Source of the DNA: Eledone cirrhosa
Lineage: Eukaryota
NCBI GenBank assembly: GCA_964016885.1
Contig: CAXHJY010001158.1
Location: 109,769-173,768 of the forward strand
DNA length: 64,000 nucleotides
Direction of reading: 5' to 3'
The notes below the pieces were generated by a model. The model saw only the letters and a list, made by a program, of their open reading frames with translations, did not search any database and had not been told where the DNA came from. The translations under genes were made by a program, and so were the position numbers. Each line of letters begins with the position of its first letter. The first letter of the stretch is position 1. Below are positions 31,581 to 45,702 of this stretch, in pieces.

Positions 31581-34500
31581 AAGGGAGGTAACTGCTGGAT
31601 TAATTTGGTTAATTAAGTTAACAGAAATTATGAACCGGTTTCTACAGAGCCTTCTGGACATTTAACCCTTTAGCATTTAAACCAGCCATACCTAGCCAGA
31701 ATACTCTCACATCTTTCTGTTCAAACCAGCCATAACTGGCCACTCATACTGACGTTAAGGTATTGTTCTCAATATAAATAATATCAAAATCTCATAGATT
31801 CGATATTATATGAGATAATTATGTAAGATAAAGCCTTTACCACAAAAATACAATAGTATATATAGAGTAATAAAAATGCTAAAGGGTAAAAGTAGCTTAT
31901 TATTTTGTGAGCTCTTGCTACTTATTGCTCTTGTGCATCAAGAACATACACAGCTTACATTTTGTTGCTAATCTCACTGAGATCCAACTACATCTCTTGT
32001 TTATCCATAGTTTGGAATTTCTACCTACTCCTTTCCTTTAGAATGATCAAGGCCATTTTCTTGTGGGGATCTAGGCCCTGTTTTCCTTTCTATTTTGCCA
32101 AGTTATCTTACATCACTTTCATTCTAGACCATGCTTCCAGGTTTGGAATTTCTCCTCTAATTTTACCACAGATTAAGTGACAAGGGTTCAATCATGTGCA
32201 TACAGGAGTTCCCATGGACAGCCAGTAATATGTAATAGCCTGCAGGATGATAATAAACAGAAGAGGGTTAATTACAGAGCCCTGATAGAGGGTTAATAAC
32301 AGAGCCCTGATAGACTTGTTCACTCAACTCCTCACTATAGCCATCATTACTTTTAACCTTACTGACTGCTCCTCCATACATGGCTTTTACTGCTCTCACA
32401 AGCCACTCATATACCCCTAGTTTTCTAAGTTATACACCAGATTAGGGAAGGGGGAAGTCTCACAGAAGCTCTCTCTGGGTCAACAAATGCCAAGTAGAGG
32501 GGCTTATTTTAGCTAGGTACTACTCTTGCAGTTGCCACACAAGGAAGAGGACATCAGTGGTACTTTTACCTGGCACAAATCCAAACTTCATCTCATCTAG
32601 GTTAACTTGGTCCCTAATCAGCTGTGTTATAAATCTAACACCTTCATGAAGTGGTCCATCTAATATCTCTATAGTTTTCTAGCTCTAGTACATCTCCTTT
32701 GCCCTTGTAGCAGTTGATGATGATGATACTACACCATTTATTTGGTATGACACCATTTTGTATTACATGCTGTACGATACCAGTGGTTAAGATGTGACCC
32801 ACCATCCCAGATACTTTCAGTATCTCAGCAACTATCACCAATGGACAAGATACTTTCTCTGTCTTCATATCCTTAATTACCTTACTTCATATCCTTAATT
32901 ACCTTACTGCTTACTTGTATGGCTGGACCCTCTGTTGGGCCCACTTTCCGTAGACTATCTTCCTCCCATGCATTCTCCTCATTCAGTAATCTTTCATAAA
33001 GGCATTTCCATGTTACAAAGGTTGGCTGAAAAGTTCATAGACTATCAATGATAGCATGATGCTAGAGCTGTGAAATCTTGCCTGCATTAATTTCAACTCT
33101 TCTTATTAATAACTGCATTGTTTCCTTCCAGGGACTATGTTGAAAAATAAACCTCATTTGGTCATTCCATGAGTGTATCTTGGTCTGCCTATGAACTTTT
33201 CAGCTGACCCTATTCAGCATCAGTGAGCCCAAATGCCCCATTATCATCCTGGACACACTTTACCCCAACATCACAATTTGCCCTCACACACTGCCTCACA
33301 ATCCTGAACATCTCATGTATTTCATCCTCACATCATAAAACCAACTGAAATTATATATTCTCTGCTTCCCTCCTTGCAAAGAATACTTCTTGCCTAGCTT
33401 CCTGTAGTGTACCCTCCAGCTGCCTCCATTCTGCCATTATTCCATGCCTGTCTCTTGGCCTTAACTGTCTCATCTACCCTAGTGTTTCACCACCAAGATA
33501 CTCTCCTCTCTGAAGCCCTGCTCCAGCCACAGATCTAGTTTGACACCTTCAGCAAAGGTTCTTTAAGGAACTCCCACTGTTCCCCTATATTGTATGTTTC
33601 TATTTGTTCTTCCTTACTGTTGTAAAGATCAAACAAAATATCTCTAAATTTGGAACTGGCTGAGGGGTCCTTTAACTTCCATATCCTTCTCCTCCAAGTT
33701 GCCCTCAGTCTTCAAGTTCATCTAAGTCTATGAAATCACTAACTACTGGGTTATGTTGGGAGGTGCATTCTTCCCCAGGGGGTGGGGATTGTGTGTTTAC
33801 AAATGTCAATATCTCATCTTCTGGTGAGGATAAAAATCTGACTGGCATGCTCCTCTGACCAATAGGTGTTGAAGTGGTTGTCGGGTAAACGTTAAGACCC
33901 TCTGATATACATATATATATATATACTAGCAGTGGTACCCGGCGTTGCACGGGATAACGTATTTCGGAATGCGGGCCGCCATCTTCCACTTCAGCCGGTC
34001 GCCCTAAAGTGTTGGCTATTCAGTCTACTTGAGGCCAGTTGGTGAGGGGGGGTAAAGCTTTCAGTGTGCTACTACCCTCACGGTCAAATAGAAAGGGAGA
34101 GGAAGAAAAGTCAGCGTTAATATCGTGCTACACGTTTGAAAGGTTGGATGACCTTAGAGTTCACCAGGGTGGGGGGTTCTAAAAGTATCTATCTTGGTAT
34201 TTTATCTTAGAAGTAATCATTACAGAGTGTACTGGGTGTATTTTAGTGGGCAGTAATTCCATAAAGAACACAGTATAATCTGTGGACACAAGCCTTGCAG
34301 TGTGATTACAGGCAGGTTAATGGGAAAGATAGATTATATATGTGACATGATGTACATGAGAAGTGAGGACACAGACCACACATGAAATAGATTCCTACAA
34401 CTGTCAGGGAGGCTCCCTAGAATTACAGATGACATATTTCAATATCTCGGTGATCAAGTTAGCAGTGGAGGAAGAATCTCTAAAAGTGTAATACCCAGGA

Positions 34501-36088
34501 TAAGGACAGGCTGGAAGAAGTTTAGAGTACTGTTCCATCTGTTGACAACAAAGGGCTTCTCTCTCAGAATGGAGGCTAGACTGCTTGATACTTATGTGTG
34601 GTCTGCAATCTACACCCCAGCCATGCCCCTTCCACTACCACTCCTTAGCTATTTCTCTCCATTAATACTCCTCACATTTCAAGCAGTTTTCTCATCTCAA
34701 TGAAAGAAAAATATTGGGCTCAAGAGAAGTCTTCAGTTATGCCATGGTGTGGCAACCTCCCTAGGGTTGGGCAGAGTGTAAATGAGAGTGAAATTAGGTA
34801 TGAGAGGGATCATATGCAGTATACAAGAGAGTAGATTACATTGGTATGGTCATGTGATGGGTATAAAGGATGACAGCTGTATAAAAATGTGCTGGGCAAT
34901 CAAAGTTGATGGAAGTTATGAAGGCGGAAGACCCAGGATGACCTGGGATGAGGTGATAAAAGATGACTTTGCACAATTGCAACTCTCAAAGACAATGACA
35001 CAGGATAGAGATCTTGAGATGTATGCAGCAATACAGAAGGCCTGCTTTCCAATGTGCACGGACTCAAACATACATCTAGTAGGCCCCTCCTAACCACTAT
35101 ACTCCTTTCCAAACTCCCACACTCCCACTTCTGTACACACCACCTTTAGACTGTAAAGTGGTAGTGTACAAGTCACAACAAAAGCACCCAGTCCACTCTG
35201 TAAAGTTGATGTGTTGGTGTCATAACAAAAGGCACTCAGTCCACTCTGTAAAGAGGTTGTGTAAGTGTCACAACAAAGACATCTAGTCCACACTGTAAAG
35301 TGGTCATGTAGGTGTCACAACAAAAAGTACCAGTCATTATTGTAAAGTGGTTGTATAGGTGTCATAACAAAAAGCACCCAGTCGACACTGTAAAGTGGTT
35401 GTGTAGGTGTCAGAACCAAAAGCACCCAGTCCACACTGTAAAGTGGTTGTGTAGGTGTCATGACAAAAAGCACCTAGTCCACACTGTAAAGTGGTCATGC
35501 AGGTGTCATGACAAAAAGCACCCAGTCCTCACTGTAAAGTGGTCATGTAGGTGTCATGTCAAAAAGCACCCAGTCCACCCTGTAAAGTGGTTGTGTAGGT
35601 GTCATGATAAAAAGCACCCAGTCCACACAGTAAAGTGGTCATGTAGGTGTCACTAAAAAAGCACCCAGTCTACTCTGTAAAGTGGTCATGTAGGTGTCAT
35701 GACAAATAGCACCCAGTCCACCCTGTAAAGTGTTCATGTAGGTGTCATGACGGAGAGTAACCAGTCCACAATGTAAAGTAGCCATGTAGCTGTCACAACA
35801 AAGCACCCAGTCCACACTGTAAAGTGGTCATGTAGGTGTCATTTCAAAAAGCACCCAGGTCCATGGCTTGGCCTGCTAACCGACGCTATACCCAAGTCGG
35901 TCGCCATGCTTTCCAGCATAGAGTTACGTCTCTTTATGGTCTGAGTTCAAATCACGCCGAGGTTAACTTTGCCTTTCATCCTTACGGGGTCGATAAAATA
36001 AAGCACCAGTAATGTACTGGGGTCGATTTAATCGACTTTCCCCTCCTCTGCCAAATGACACACACATGCATGGTTCGGGGGAACCTAC

Positions 36089-36148
<60 letters not shown>

Positions 36149-37027
36149 GTAGGTCACTGGTTGAGTCGGTATTAACCACAGTAACTAAGGTACTCAATAC
36201 ATATTAGATATAGGTGTCTTTCTAATTGCTGGCCTTGTTCATAAGGTATACACAAGTATGATGTGTGTCTGTTTAACTGTACGTGTGAAAACATCGCGAA
36301 ATTGCGCCTTTTAATATTTGAATATAAACAGTTAAAAAATAATTATTTTAGTAATTTTTAAATATCGATAATGTGTATATAAATATTAGAAATCAATTTA
36401 ATTAGTTCAGTAACATTACTCGGAGTTAAGATAAACCTTCATTTGAAGAAATTCGAGATTTGACCAAATAAATAGATTATGTGATCAATAAAAAAAATAT
36501 GTATACGCGCTTGAACGACGGGTTGCAGACAGTCAGGCATACAGACACATATTTTAAAGCGTGCGACGTTAAAAGTCTTACTCTCTCTCTTTTTAGATAG
36601 ATAGACTTAATTAAAGCAGTTTCACTCTCTCTATATTTCATCAGCTCTCTCTCTCTTAAATTGAAAGATTCATTAAGGCTGAAATAATCTAAACAGTAAC
36701 ATCATGTTTCGCCAGCTCTAGCTTGCGTCCAGAGATATACACACACATATATATATATTTTTTTTGTTATCGAGTTGAGCTTTGCCAAGCATAGAATTCC
36801 AAATTTGACCATCTCCACTGAAAATGTTCGTGAAATAGTCTTTAAGAAGCAATTTAATTTTTTCCAACTGAAACTGTAAGTATTTTAAAATTTATTTCAA
36901 CATGGTCTTAAAAGATTGTTGGCTTTTTTTAAATTCATAACTATTTACTATGAAATATAAATTATTAAATCCAATTTATTTGATAACCATGATTTGATTT
37001 TATAATTACCTGAATCACGTTAACATG

Positions 37028-37074
<47 letters not shown>

Positions 37075-37327
37075 GTGTGTGTATATATATATATATATAA
37101 TAATTGTTTCTACGTTACGCAGTGTATTACTGGTACTGTATTTTACGATATTAAATATTAAATATTAACTATTAGATATTAAATATTAAATATTAGATAT
37201 TAGATATTAAATATTAAATATGATATCCCTGAAATATATATAATGAAATAAATATGGTTTTATAAATGTAATTTCCATTTGTTTAATATCAAATATATAT
37301 ATATATATATATATGTATTTATGTATA

Positions 37328-37420
<93 letters not shown>

Positions 37421-37650
37421 GAGGCAGACACAGACACAGAATATCGTATATATCACACACACACAATTAAGACTTGACGTGTTGCAGACAGCCAGACATA
37501 CAGAGAGATATTTTAAAGCGTGCGACCTTAAATGCCTTACTCTTTCTCTTATCAAAAGAGAAAGAGTAATGCTAACACTTACGTCTACTTCACGCTCTCT
37601 TGAACCGTTACAGAAATTGCATCACATCTAATTATAACTTTGTACGTTTG

Positions 37651-37684
<34 letters not shown>

Positions 37685-37687
37685 TAC

Positions 37688-37797
<110 letters not shown>

Positions 37798-37830
37798 GTG
37801 TGTGTGTGTATATATATACACACACACGTG

Positions 37831-37892
<62 letters not shown>

Positions 37893-37943
37893 AATACACA
37901 CACACGTGTGTGTGTATATATATATATATATACACACACACAC

Positions 37944-38026
<83 letters not shown>

Positions 38027-38116
38027 CACACACACGTGTGTGTGTATATATATATATACACACACACACGTGTGTGTGTATATATTTATATATATATATA
38101 TACACACGTGTGTGTG

Positions 38117-38161
<45 letters not shown>

Positions 38162-38165
38162 GTGA

Positions 38166-38196
<31 letters not shown>

Positions 38197-38441
38197 CACG
38201 TGTGTGTGTGTATATATATATATATACACACACACGTGTGTATATATATATATATACATATATATATATACACACACACGTGTGTGTGTATATAATAATA
38301 ATAATAATAATGAAATGATTGTGTACAGTGCTCAGGTGCACTACAACTCATCAAAGGTGCATGTATAGTACATAGAATAATGTACAAACATCAGTAAAAT
38401 GAACAGTGCACACATGTGTGCATGTGTATGGAAGGGGCACA

Positions 38442-41207
38442 TCAGGTGTAGTTTTGGCGTATTTCGGGAAGCATGAGTGTCTTAAAGGATGCAGTGTCTC
38501 GGCAGCTAACAATTGACGCAGGCAGTTTGTTCCATGTTTCAGCAACTCTGAGCGTGAAAAAATGTCTGCGAAAGTCATGGGAGCTGTGCTGTTTTCTTAT
38601 CTTGTAGGCATGTCCACGTGTGTTAGACACATGGAGATCAAAGAGGCGCTCAGGGTTGCAGTTGGCGAGATGGTTAAAAACTTTGTGGGTATTCACCAAG
38701 TCCACTGCCAGATGTCGGAGCTTCAATGAATCCATGCCCAGGGAAGCAAGGCGTTCAGAGTATGGTAGGTGTCTGATGGAGGGTATGCGCTTGGTTGCAC
38801 GTCTCTGAACAGCTTCCAGGAGGTCAATGTTCCGAGCAAGATAGGGGTTCCAGACTGATGATGCGAATTCCAAGTGTGGTCGCACCATAGCTGTATACAG
38901 TTTTAAATAGATGGCTGGAGAGCGGCTAACAAAGGTCTTGCTGAGTGATGCCAAGACACCCTCGGCCTTCTTGACAATCTTAGAGACATGCTTTGTCCAA
39001 CGCAAATCGTTGCCGACAGTAATGCCCAGGTCACGTTCACAAGAGGACTTTTTGATGTCAGTGTTGTGGAGGGAGTATGTGGACGCTGGATTTTTCCTTC
39101 CAAAATGCATGGTGGTACACTTGTCCACAGCCAGCTTCAGTTGCCAGTCTGTGATCCATTGCTGCATTGTGTCCAGGTCTGATTTTAGGAAAGAGTTGTA
39201 AATTTCAGGATCAGTCCTTTTGATTTCAAGGTACAGCTTGATGTCATCTGCATATTTTAGTACCGTGGCATTCTGTAAGTTGGCATCTATGTCATTAATA
39301 TATGCCACAAACAAAAGAGGACCAAGAACAGATCCCTGTGGTACACCAGATGACATCTCATATGGTGAAGAATGCTGTCCTAGAACCGTGACTACTTTCC
39401 TTCGGCTGAGAATGAAGGATTTCAGCCAGTCGAAAAGATCATCCCTCACACCCATTGCAGAGAGTTTTGCCATAAGTCTTTTGTGTGGCACAGAATTAAA
39501 AGCCTTAGCAAAGTCAAGGTAAACAACATCCACCCATGAGCCGCTGTCAGTGATCCGGGTGATGTCCTCAAGGAACTCGATAAGCTGATCACAGCAGCTG
39601 GAGTTAGGGATAAATCCAAACTGTGAGGGCCGGATGAGGCTGTGAGAGCTCCAGAAGTTCCAAAGTGTTTCTCTGACACAGGATTCCATCAGTTTGGCCA
39701 TACAGCTAGTAAGACTGACTGGACGATAGTTGACAGGTGACATGCGGTTGCCCTTTTTGAACAGGGGAATGACACTGGCAGTTTTCCACTGCTCCGGAGT
39801 AGCACCATTGCTGAGACAGTATTGAAAGAAAAAAGAAAGCTGGCGCAAAAGGAAATCCCCGCCACGTTTGAGAAGCAGGTATGTCACACCATCAAGACCA
39901 GGGGAGGCATAGTTGCGCTTATTCTTAAGGTGACGTCGCAACATTGCAGGTGTAAATTCCATAGTTGTTATGGAATTTGATGTTAGAGATGGTGGAGATG
40001 GTACATTCTGGTTTTCAACAGTAAAAATACTTGCATAGCACTCAGCAATGAGTTCTGCGCATTCCTTGGGATCGTCAGTGATCTGGCTTGTGTGGGGATT
40101 GCGAAGAGGACCAACTGGAGAGTGAGGTCTCTGCTTTGAATGAACATATTTCCAGAACACCTTACTGTCAGGATTGGTTGCGATGCACTGTTCAAATTCA
40201 AGCACTGCCTTCTTTGTCACTTGCTTGAGATGGTTAGAAGATTTATTCCGCTTTTTTCTGTTGGCATCTGATCTATGCAGTTTATATTCCCGTTCAGCGT
40301 TCCGACGTTCTTTCCTGGCAAGTCGGACTGCTGAAGTTTCCCAGATTGCACTTTTGGGGTGGTTATTTTTCCGCTTCCGTGGCACTGATGCTGCACACGC
40401 TATCCATATTGAGTCCAGGATGCTCTGGAGTATAGAGTTCACATCTCCAGAGTTATACATCTCATGCCAGTTTGGGCGCTGTAGCTCAGTGCAGTACAAG
40501 TTCCAATCCGCCCTCTTCCAATCAAAGCAAGCAGATTGGAGATGGCTCTGGTTTTTGTTGCTGCCCTCAAGTGCCAGATTGGCAATGATCATAGCATGAT
40601 CAGAGTCGCCTAGAGGTTCCTCAGTAGTACAACTGATAACCACTTCAGGAGTAGTGGTGAAGATCAGGTCCAAAGTGTTGTCACCTCTTGTTGGAGAGGT
40701 GACTACTTGTGACCAGTTTGAGTCCAGCACTAGTTCAAGGAAATCGTTTGCACCCTGTGGCCAACGAAAGGTTTCCCAATCGATCTCAGGATGATTGAAG
40801 TCACCTGCAATAAACACATAAGTGGCTGTTTTCTTGGCAGCAACTCTGAGGATATCGCAAAGCTGTGTGTCCTGATGGTAGTTTGGGGGGCGATAAACAA
40901 CACCAAGCAGAAGTGTTGACATGGTCATACGTATGTCACAGAAAAAAACTTCTTCCTGTGATTCGTTCAAATCAACGCAAGGAATTACCGAAAAGTTTGA
41001 ACGAACGTAGACCATCACACCACCACCACGGCGGTTAATGCGGTCCTTGCGGAAAAGGTTGTACCCAGTAATGGTGAAAACCCCATCACAGAGTAAGGAA
41101 TGTGCCCATGTTTCCGTGACTGTGATGAAGTCAGGGTCGATGCTTCTGACGTAGGATTCGAACAGATGTATCTTGTTGCATAAACTGCGAGCATTTAAGG
41201 ACAACAA
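38442..41207 (-). CDS. LINE ORF2: apurinic-like endonuclease plus reverse transcriptase (921 aa)
   Basis: Endonuclease motifs LNARS, VTETW, GGGV, VYRPP, GDFN, LDLIF and SDH. RT motifs YRPVSLTS, QFGF, YLDFAKAF, GVPQGSVLGP and YADD. CR1-type C-terminus RPHLEF..VWNP and TRGH...WNKLP. Confidence 0.96.
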   Translation of the reverse strand: MLSLNARSLCNKIHLFESYVRSIDPDFITVTETWAHSLLCDGVFTITGYNLFRKDRINRRGGGVMVYVRSNFSVIPCVDLNESQEEVFFCDIRMTMSTLLLGVVYRPPNYHQDTQLCDILRVAAKKTATYVFIAGDFNHPEIDWETFRWPQGANDFLELVLDSNWSQVVTSPTRGDNTLDLIFTTTPEVVISCTTEEPLGDSDHAMIIANLALEGSNKNQSHLQSACFDWKRADWNLYCTELQRPNWHEMYNSGDVNSILQSILDSIWIACAASVPRKRKNNHPKSAIWETSAVRLARKERRNAEREYKLHRSDANRKKRNKSSNHLKQVTKKAVLEFEQCIATNPDSKVFWKYVHSKQRPHSPVGPLRNPHTSQITDDPKECAELIAECYASIFTVENQNVPSPPSLTSNSITTMEFTPAMLRRHLKNKRNYASPGLDGVTYLLLKRGGDFLLRQLSFFFQYCLSNGATPEQWKTASVIPLFKKGNRMSPVNYRPVSLTSCMAKLMESCVRETLWNFWSSHSLIRPSQFGFIPNSSCCDQLIEFLEDITRITDSGSWVDVVYLDFAKAFNSVPHKRLMAKLSAMGVRDDLFDWLKSFILSRRKVVTVLGQHSSPYEMSSGVPQGSVLGPLLFVAYINDIDANLQNATVLKYADDIKLYLEIKRTDPEIYNSFLKSDLDTMQQWITDWQLKLAVDKCTTMHFGRKNPASTYSLHNTDIKKSSCERDLGITVGNDLRWTKHVSKIVKKAEGVLASLSKTFVSRSPAIYLKLYTAMVRPHLEFASSVWNPYLARNIDLLEAVQRRATKRIPSIRHLPYSERLASLGMDSLKLRHLAVDLVNTHKVFNHLANCNPERLFDLHVSNTRGHAYKIRKQHSSHDFRRHFFTLRVAETWNKLPASIVSCRDTASFKTLMLPEIRQNYT

Positions 41208-41263
41208 TTTGTACCCTGCTCGCAGTCTATGATGGTGTGTAGAGGGTGGCAGGTTGTTCTGGT

Positions 41264-41418
41264 TTAGTTTCCCAGAGTTGTAGCAGTTTTTACATTGCCA
41301 GTTATTGTGGGTAGATCACACTCAGACCAGCTGGTATCTCTCTTCCACGTTTCACCCGCCTTGACAAACCTCCAGATCTGCCCATCATCACGCAGACTGA
41401 AACTTTCATCTTGTGCTG
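41264..41418 (-). pseudogene. Probable C-terminal remnant of LINE ORF1
   Basis: An open frame of ~50 codons (AQDESFSLRDDGQIWRF...TLGN-stop) lies immediately upstream of ORF2 and overlaps its reading frame; it is cut off by the microsatellite. Confidence 0.55.
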
Positions 41419-41481
41419 TATATATATATATATACACACGTGTGTGTGTATTTATGTATATATATATATATACACACACAC

Positions 41482-41523
<42 letters not shown>

Positions 41524-43862
41524 GTGTGTGTGTGTATATATATTTATATATATATACACACACGTGTGTGTGTATATATATATATATATATACACGTGTG
41601 TGTGTATTTATATATATATATATACACACACACGTGTGTATATATATATGTATATATATATATCTGTCTCTCTCCCTGTCTCTCACTCTCCCTCTATCCC
41701 CCCTCTCTCTCTCTGTCTCTCTCTCCCCCCCCCCCCTCTCTCTCTAGTAGTAGAGAGAGACAAAGAGAGAGAGATATAAACGTATAACCCTAACCAAACC
41801 CTAACCCAACCCTAACCCCAACCCTAACCCTAACCTAACCCTAACCCATCTCTCTCTCTCTCTCACCCCCTCTCTCTCTCTCTAGTAGTAGAGAGAGAGA
41901 CAAAGAGAGAGAGAGATATAAACGTCTAACCCAACCCTAACCTCTCTCTCTCTTCTCTCTCTCTCTCTCTCCCCTCTCTCTCTCTATTCCCCCCTCTCTA
42001 TTTCCCCCCCCCCTCTCTCTCTAGTAGTAGAGAGAGAGAGAGAGAGAGAGATATAAACGTATAACCCTAACCCAACCCTAACCCTAACCCAACCCCAACC
42101 CTAACCCATCTCTCTCTCTCTCTCTCTCTCTCTCTTTGTTTTTAACATTGTTTTGTTTTTCTTTTCTTTTCTTATTCAGATGACAAACGGCAGAGGATAC
42201 AACAGAAGAAAAGAACAAAGATAATTATTATTATTATTACTATTATTATTTGTTTTATTATAATCAAAATATGCTGTTAGTTAGATCTGCATTGCGTACA
42301 TTTTATATAATTTATGCCAGTTCCTTTTCTGCATATCGAACATGGCCATTTCCCTGACGGAATAGAGTTTTGTCCTCTTTCGTGACACAAAGTACAGCCA
42401 GCGGCATCATTGCGGACAGACTTAATCCCGAATTGCACTGACACACTGCCTCGCAATACGGAACACCGCACGTCTTTGATCTTCTTCCCGTCGATCAGCC
42501 TCCTTGCCATGCTAAGTACACCTGACGTCTAGCTTCTCTCTTAGCGGCGGCTTTATATTCTTCTCTACTCCCACTAATTTTCCAAGCATTCCATGCTAGC
42601 CTTTAGTCTCCAATGGCCCGATCTACCGTGCTGTCCCACCACCATGTCACTCTCTGTCTGGTTGGAACTCTGATCCAGCCACAAGTTTAATCAGTAGCCT
42701 GCAATAAGTTGTCACATAAGAAAATCGAGTTCTCATGTATGTCATACGACTGTGAATCGTCTTCTTTTTCGTCATACACATATTGAAGGGCTTTCCTAAA
42801 TTTCTATTTTAGTGAAATCTCTTTTAGCTTCCAGACCTTTCTTTTTTCCACATCTTCCTGTATGTCTCAATCATACCTGGAGCTGTCCAACATGACCATT
42901 GAAATCCCCTGCTAGCATAACGATGTCTCCGTCCTGTCATTGTGGCTGTTTGTAAAAATTGCTTGTAAATGAAGTCTTTCTTTTCTTTACCTAGCAGAAG
43001 CAATTAACACTAACCCAACTGTAACACTAACCCTAACACTAACTTATGCAGGCCTAGGTAAAGACAAGAAAGATAAAACAAGGAGTGATGCTTCTTGAAT
43101 TTTGTGATGCAAGTGTTTTAACCATTTGCAAAACCAACTTCCACAAACCTGCCTCACTGCCGCCTAATAACCTACAAATCAGGCAAGCACAGAAGCCGGA
43201 TTTCTCGGTAGTTAGGCAGCGAGACAGACAGATGGGGTGTGAAGTACCAGGGTGTGCCCCGGGGAGGAATGTTTCCCACAGCGTGGGTTGGTTGTTGGTG
43301 ATGTCTCGGTTATCTTGAGACGGAGTGAGACGTGCAGGAATACTCTCACGGAATCGCCAAATGAGGTTTATTTTTCAACATAGTCCCTGGAATGAAACAA
43401 TGTGGTTATTAAGAAGAATTGAAATTAATGTAAGATTTCACAGATCTATGATCAATCCTTCACAGTCAGCTTACAAAGTTTTCAGCCAAACCTTGTGTAT
43501 TTCCAACATTTCAAACCCTATCTAGGACTACATTATCTAATGTACAGTACAGTAGTTAGTATTAGTGGCTATCAGACATAGTGTATCTAAATGCAACATT
43601 TTTAACATTGTTTTTTTTTTCTTTTCTTTTCTTTTCTTATTCAGATGACAGACGGCAGAGGATACAATAGAAGAAAAGAACAATGATAATTATTATTATT
43701 ATTATTGTTGTTATTCCTTGAATCTCAGTCATTGATGTTGGTTAACTGGAAAGTCCGTTGGAATGAATATCAAGCCACTACCTGCAGCCTCAGATATTCA
43801 GGACGTATCGGAGGGTTCTTGCTGTTCCAAGCAAGCATGCCTTTTGAAGCGTTCCAAAAAGC

Positions 43863-44109
43863 GTGAAGGGGCCGATTTTCTTTAACCATCCCTGGAAACT
43901 TTTGGAGATGGACAAAAAACTGGAACACAATAGACCTGACCTGGTGGTTGTGGACAAAGAAAAAAGATCGTGTCTGATTGTGGATGTGGCCTGCCCGTTC
44001 AACACGAGAGTGCAAGAGAAGGAGAGGGAGAAAATTAACCGATACCAGGACCTAAAGTGGGAGGTGAAAAGGATTTGGAACTTCCATGAAGTCAAAGTGA
44101 TCCCGATTG

Positions 44110-44111
<2 letters not shown>
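43863..44111 (+). mobile_element. RLE non-LTR fragment, copy 2
   Basis: Same peptide as 10139-10387. Confidence 0.75.
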
Positions 44112-44150
<39 letters not shown>

Positions 44151-45662
44151 TATTATTTGTTTTATTATAATCAAAATATGCTGTTAGTTAGATCTGCATT
44201 GTGTACATTTTATATAATTTATGCCAGTTCCTTTTCTACATATCGAACATGGCCATTTCCCTGACGGAATAGAGTTTTGTCCTCTTTTCTACTCATCAAC
44301 ACTCATTCGTGACACAAAGTACAGCCAGCGGCATCATTGCGGACAGACTTAATCCTGATTTGCACTGACACACTGCCTCGCAATACGGAACACCGCACGT
44401 CTTTGATCTTCTTCCCGTCGATCAGCCTCCTTGCCATGCAAAGTACACCTGACGTCTAGCTTCTCTCTTAGCGGCGGCGGCTGTATATTCTTCTCTACTC
44501 CCACTAATTTTCCAAGCATTCCATGCTAGTCTTTAGTCTCCAATGGCCCGATCTACAGTTTCTGTCTCAACTCGTCTATGCTTGGTCGTTCCCGCACATT
44601 GACATTGCACATCCAACGGAGCATGCTTGCTTCATTTCTCTCCAGCCGTCGCATGTCCTCTGCAGTTGCTGCCCGTGTCTCACTACCATGCAGCATCGCG
44701 CATCTAAACCTGGCCCTTACCCTAACCCCAACCTCTTTGGTTTTCGTTTTCTCGACGGCTAGCCGCATTTCGTGATCCGCCTTTCGATTGCGCTTCCGTC
44801 GCGGCAAAAGAATTGCCTTTCCAGACCGCCGTCGCCCGACCGGACCCATGATAGAAGACGTTCGTTACCGTTGGAGCAACGCAAATTACTCCTCGGTTGA
44901 CGCCAAAAACGAACGCCTTCCCGCCTCGCGCCGCCTTCTCCTCGCCGACCCTCAGCCTCGACGATTAGCCACTTTCCGTCACAGCAGTAGATACGCGTCC
45001 GTCGTAATAGCCGTCATTTTAACGCAGGAGAAACGCCTAATTGCCCTGCACCGCGTTTGACGGCGATCTACGACGGCGACGATGCGCGCACTCTTCCTTG
45101 CTGCGACGAAGGTTTCGGCTTTTCGTCGTGGACCCGGTCAGGTCATGCCGCTGACCTCGCGTTACGGCGACGCGAGAAGACGTTCGTTACCGCTGGAGCA
45201 ACGCAAATTACTCCTCGGTTGACGCCAAAAACGAACGCCTCGCGCCGCCGCTTCCTCCTCGGCCTCGACGATTAGCCGCTTTCCGTCACAGCAGTAGATA
45301 CGCGTCCATCGTAATAGCCGTCATTTTAACGCAGGAGAAACGCCTTGACGACGATATACGACGGGTCGACGACGCGCGCACTCTTTCTGCTGCGACGAAG
45401 GTTTTGGCTTTTCGTTGTGGACCCGGTCGGGTCATGCCTCTGACCTCGCGTTGCGTCGCCACCGCCGCGGCGGGCTTGGGTTTAGCCGTAGCTACCCTCG
45501 TTTTGCCAACGGCGACGCGAGAAGACGTTCGTTACCGCTGGAGCAACGCAAATTACTCTTCGGATGAGGCCAAAAACGAACGCTGAAGAGATATTGTCCA
45601 TGGATATCGGGAATTTTACCCGCCCTAGATAGATAGATAGATAGGGATGTATGTATGTATGT

Positions 45663-45702
<40 letters not shown>

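Larger units (their letters stand above)
1454..31657 (+). repeat. Large tandem unit, copy 1 (30,204 bp)
   Basis: Sequence starting ACATTTAACCCTTTAGC at 1454 recurs at 31658. Identical ORFs appear at a 30,204 offset (1758/31962, 2440/32644), and colinearity continues to the window end. Confidence 0.95.
38293..41418 (-). mobile_element. CR1-type LINE, 5'-truncated within ORF1, with a (TTA)n tail; present only in copy 2
   Basis: Intact ORF2, ~130 nt 3' UTR and a TTA-repeat tail at 38293-38310. Both flanks are the TA/CA microsatellite, which is uninterrupted in copy 1. Confidence 0.93.

Noticed and set aside
38293-41418. rDNA-specific R1/R2 element associated with the cassette
   Set aside because: The motifs are CR1-type, and it is inserted in a microsatellite more than 10 kb from any rRNA-derived sequence.
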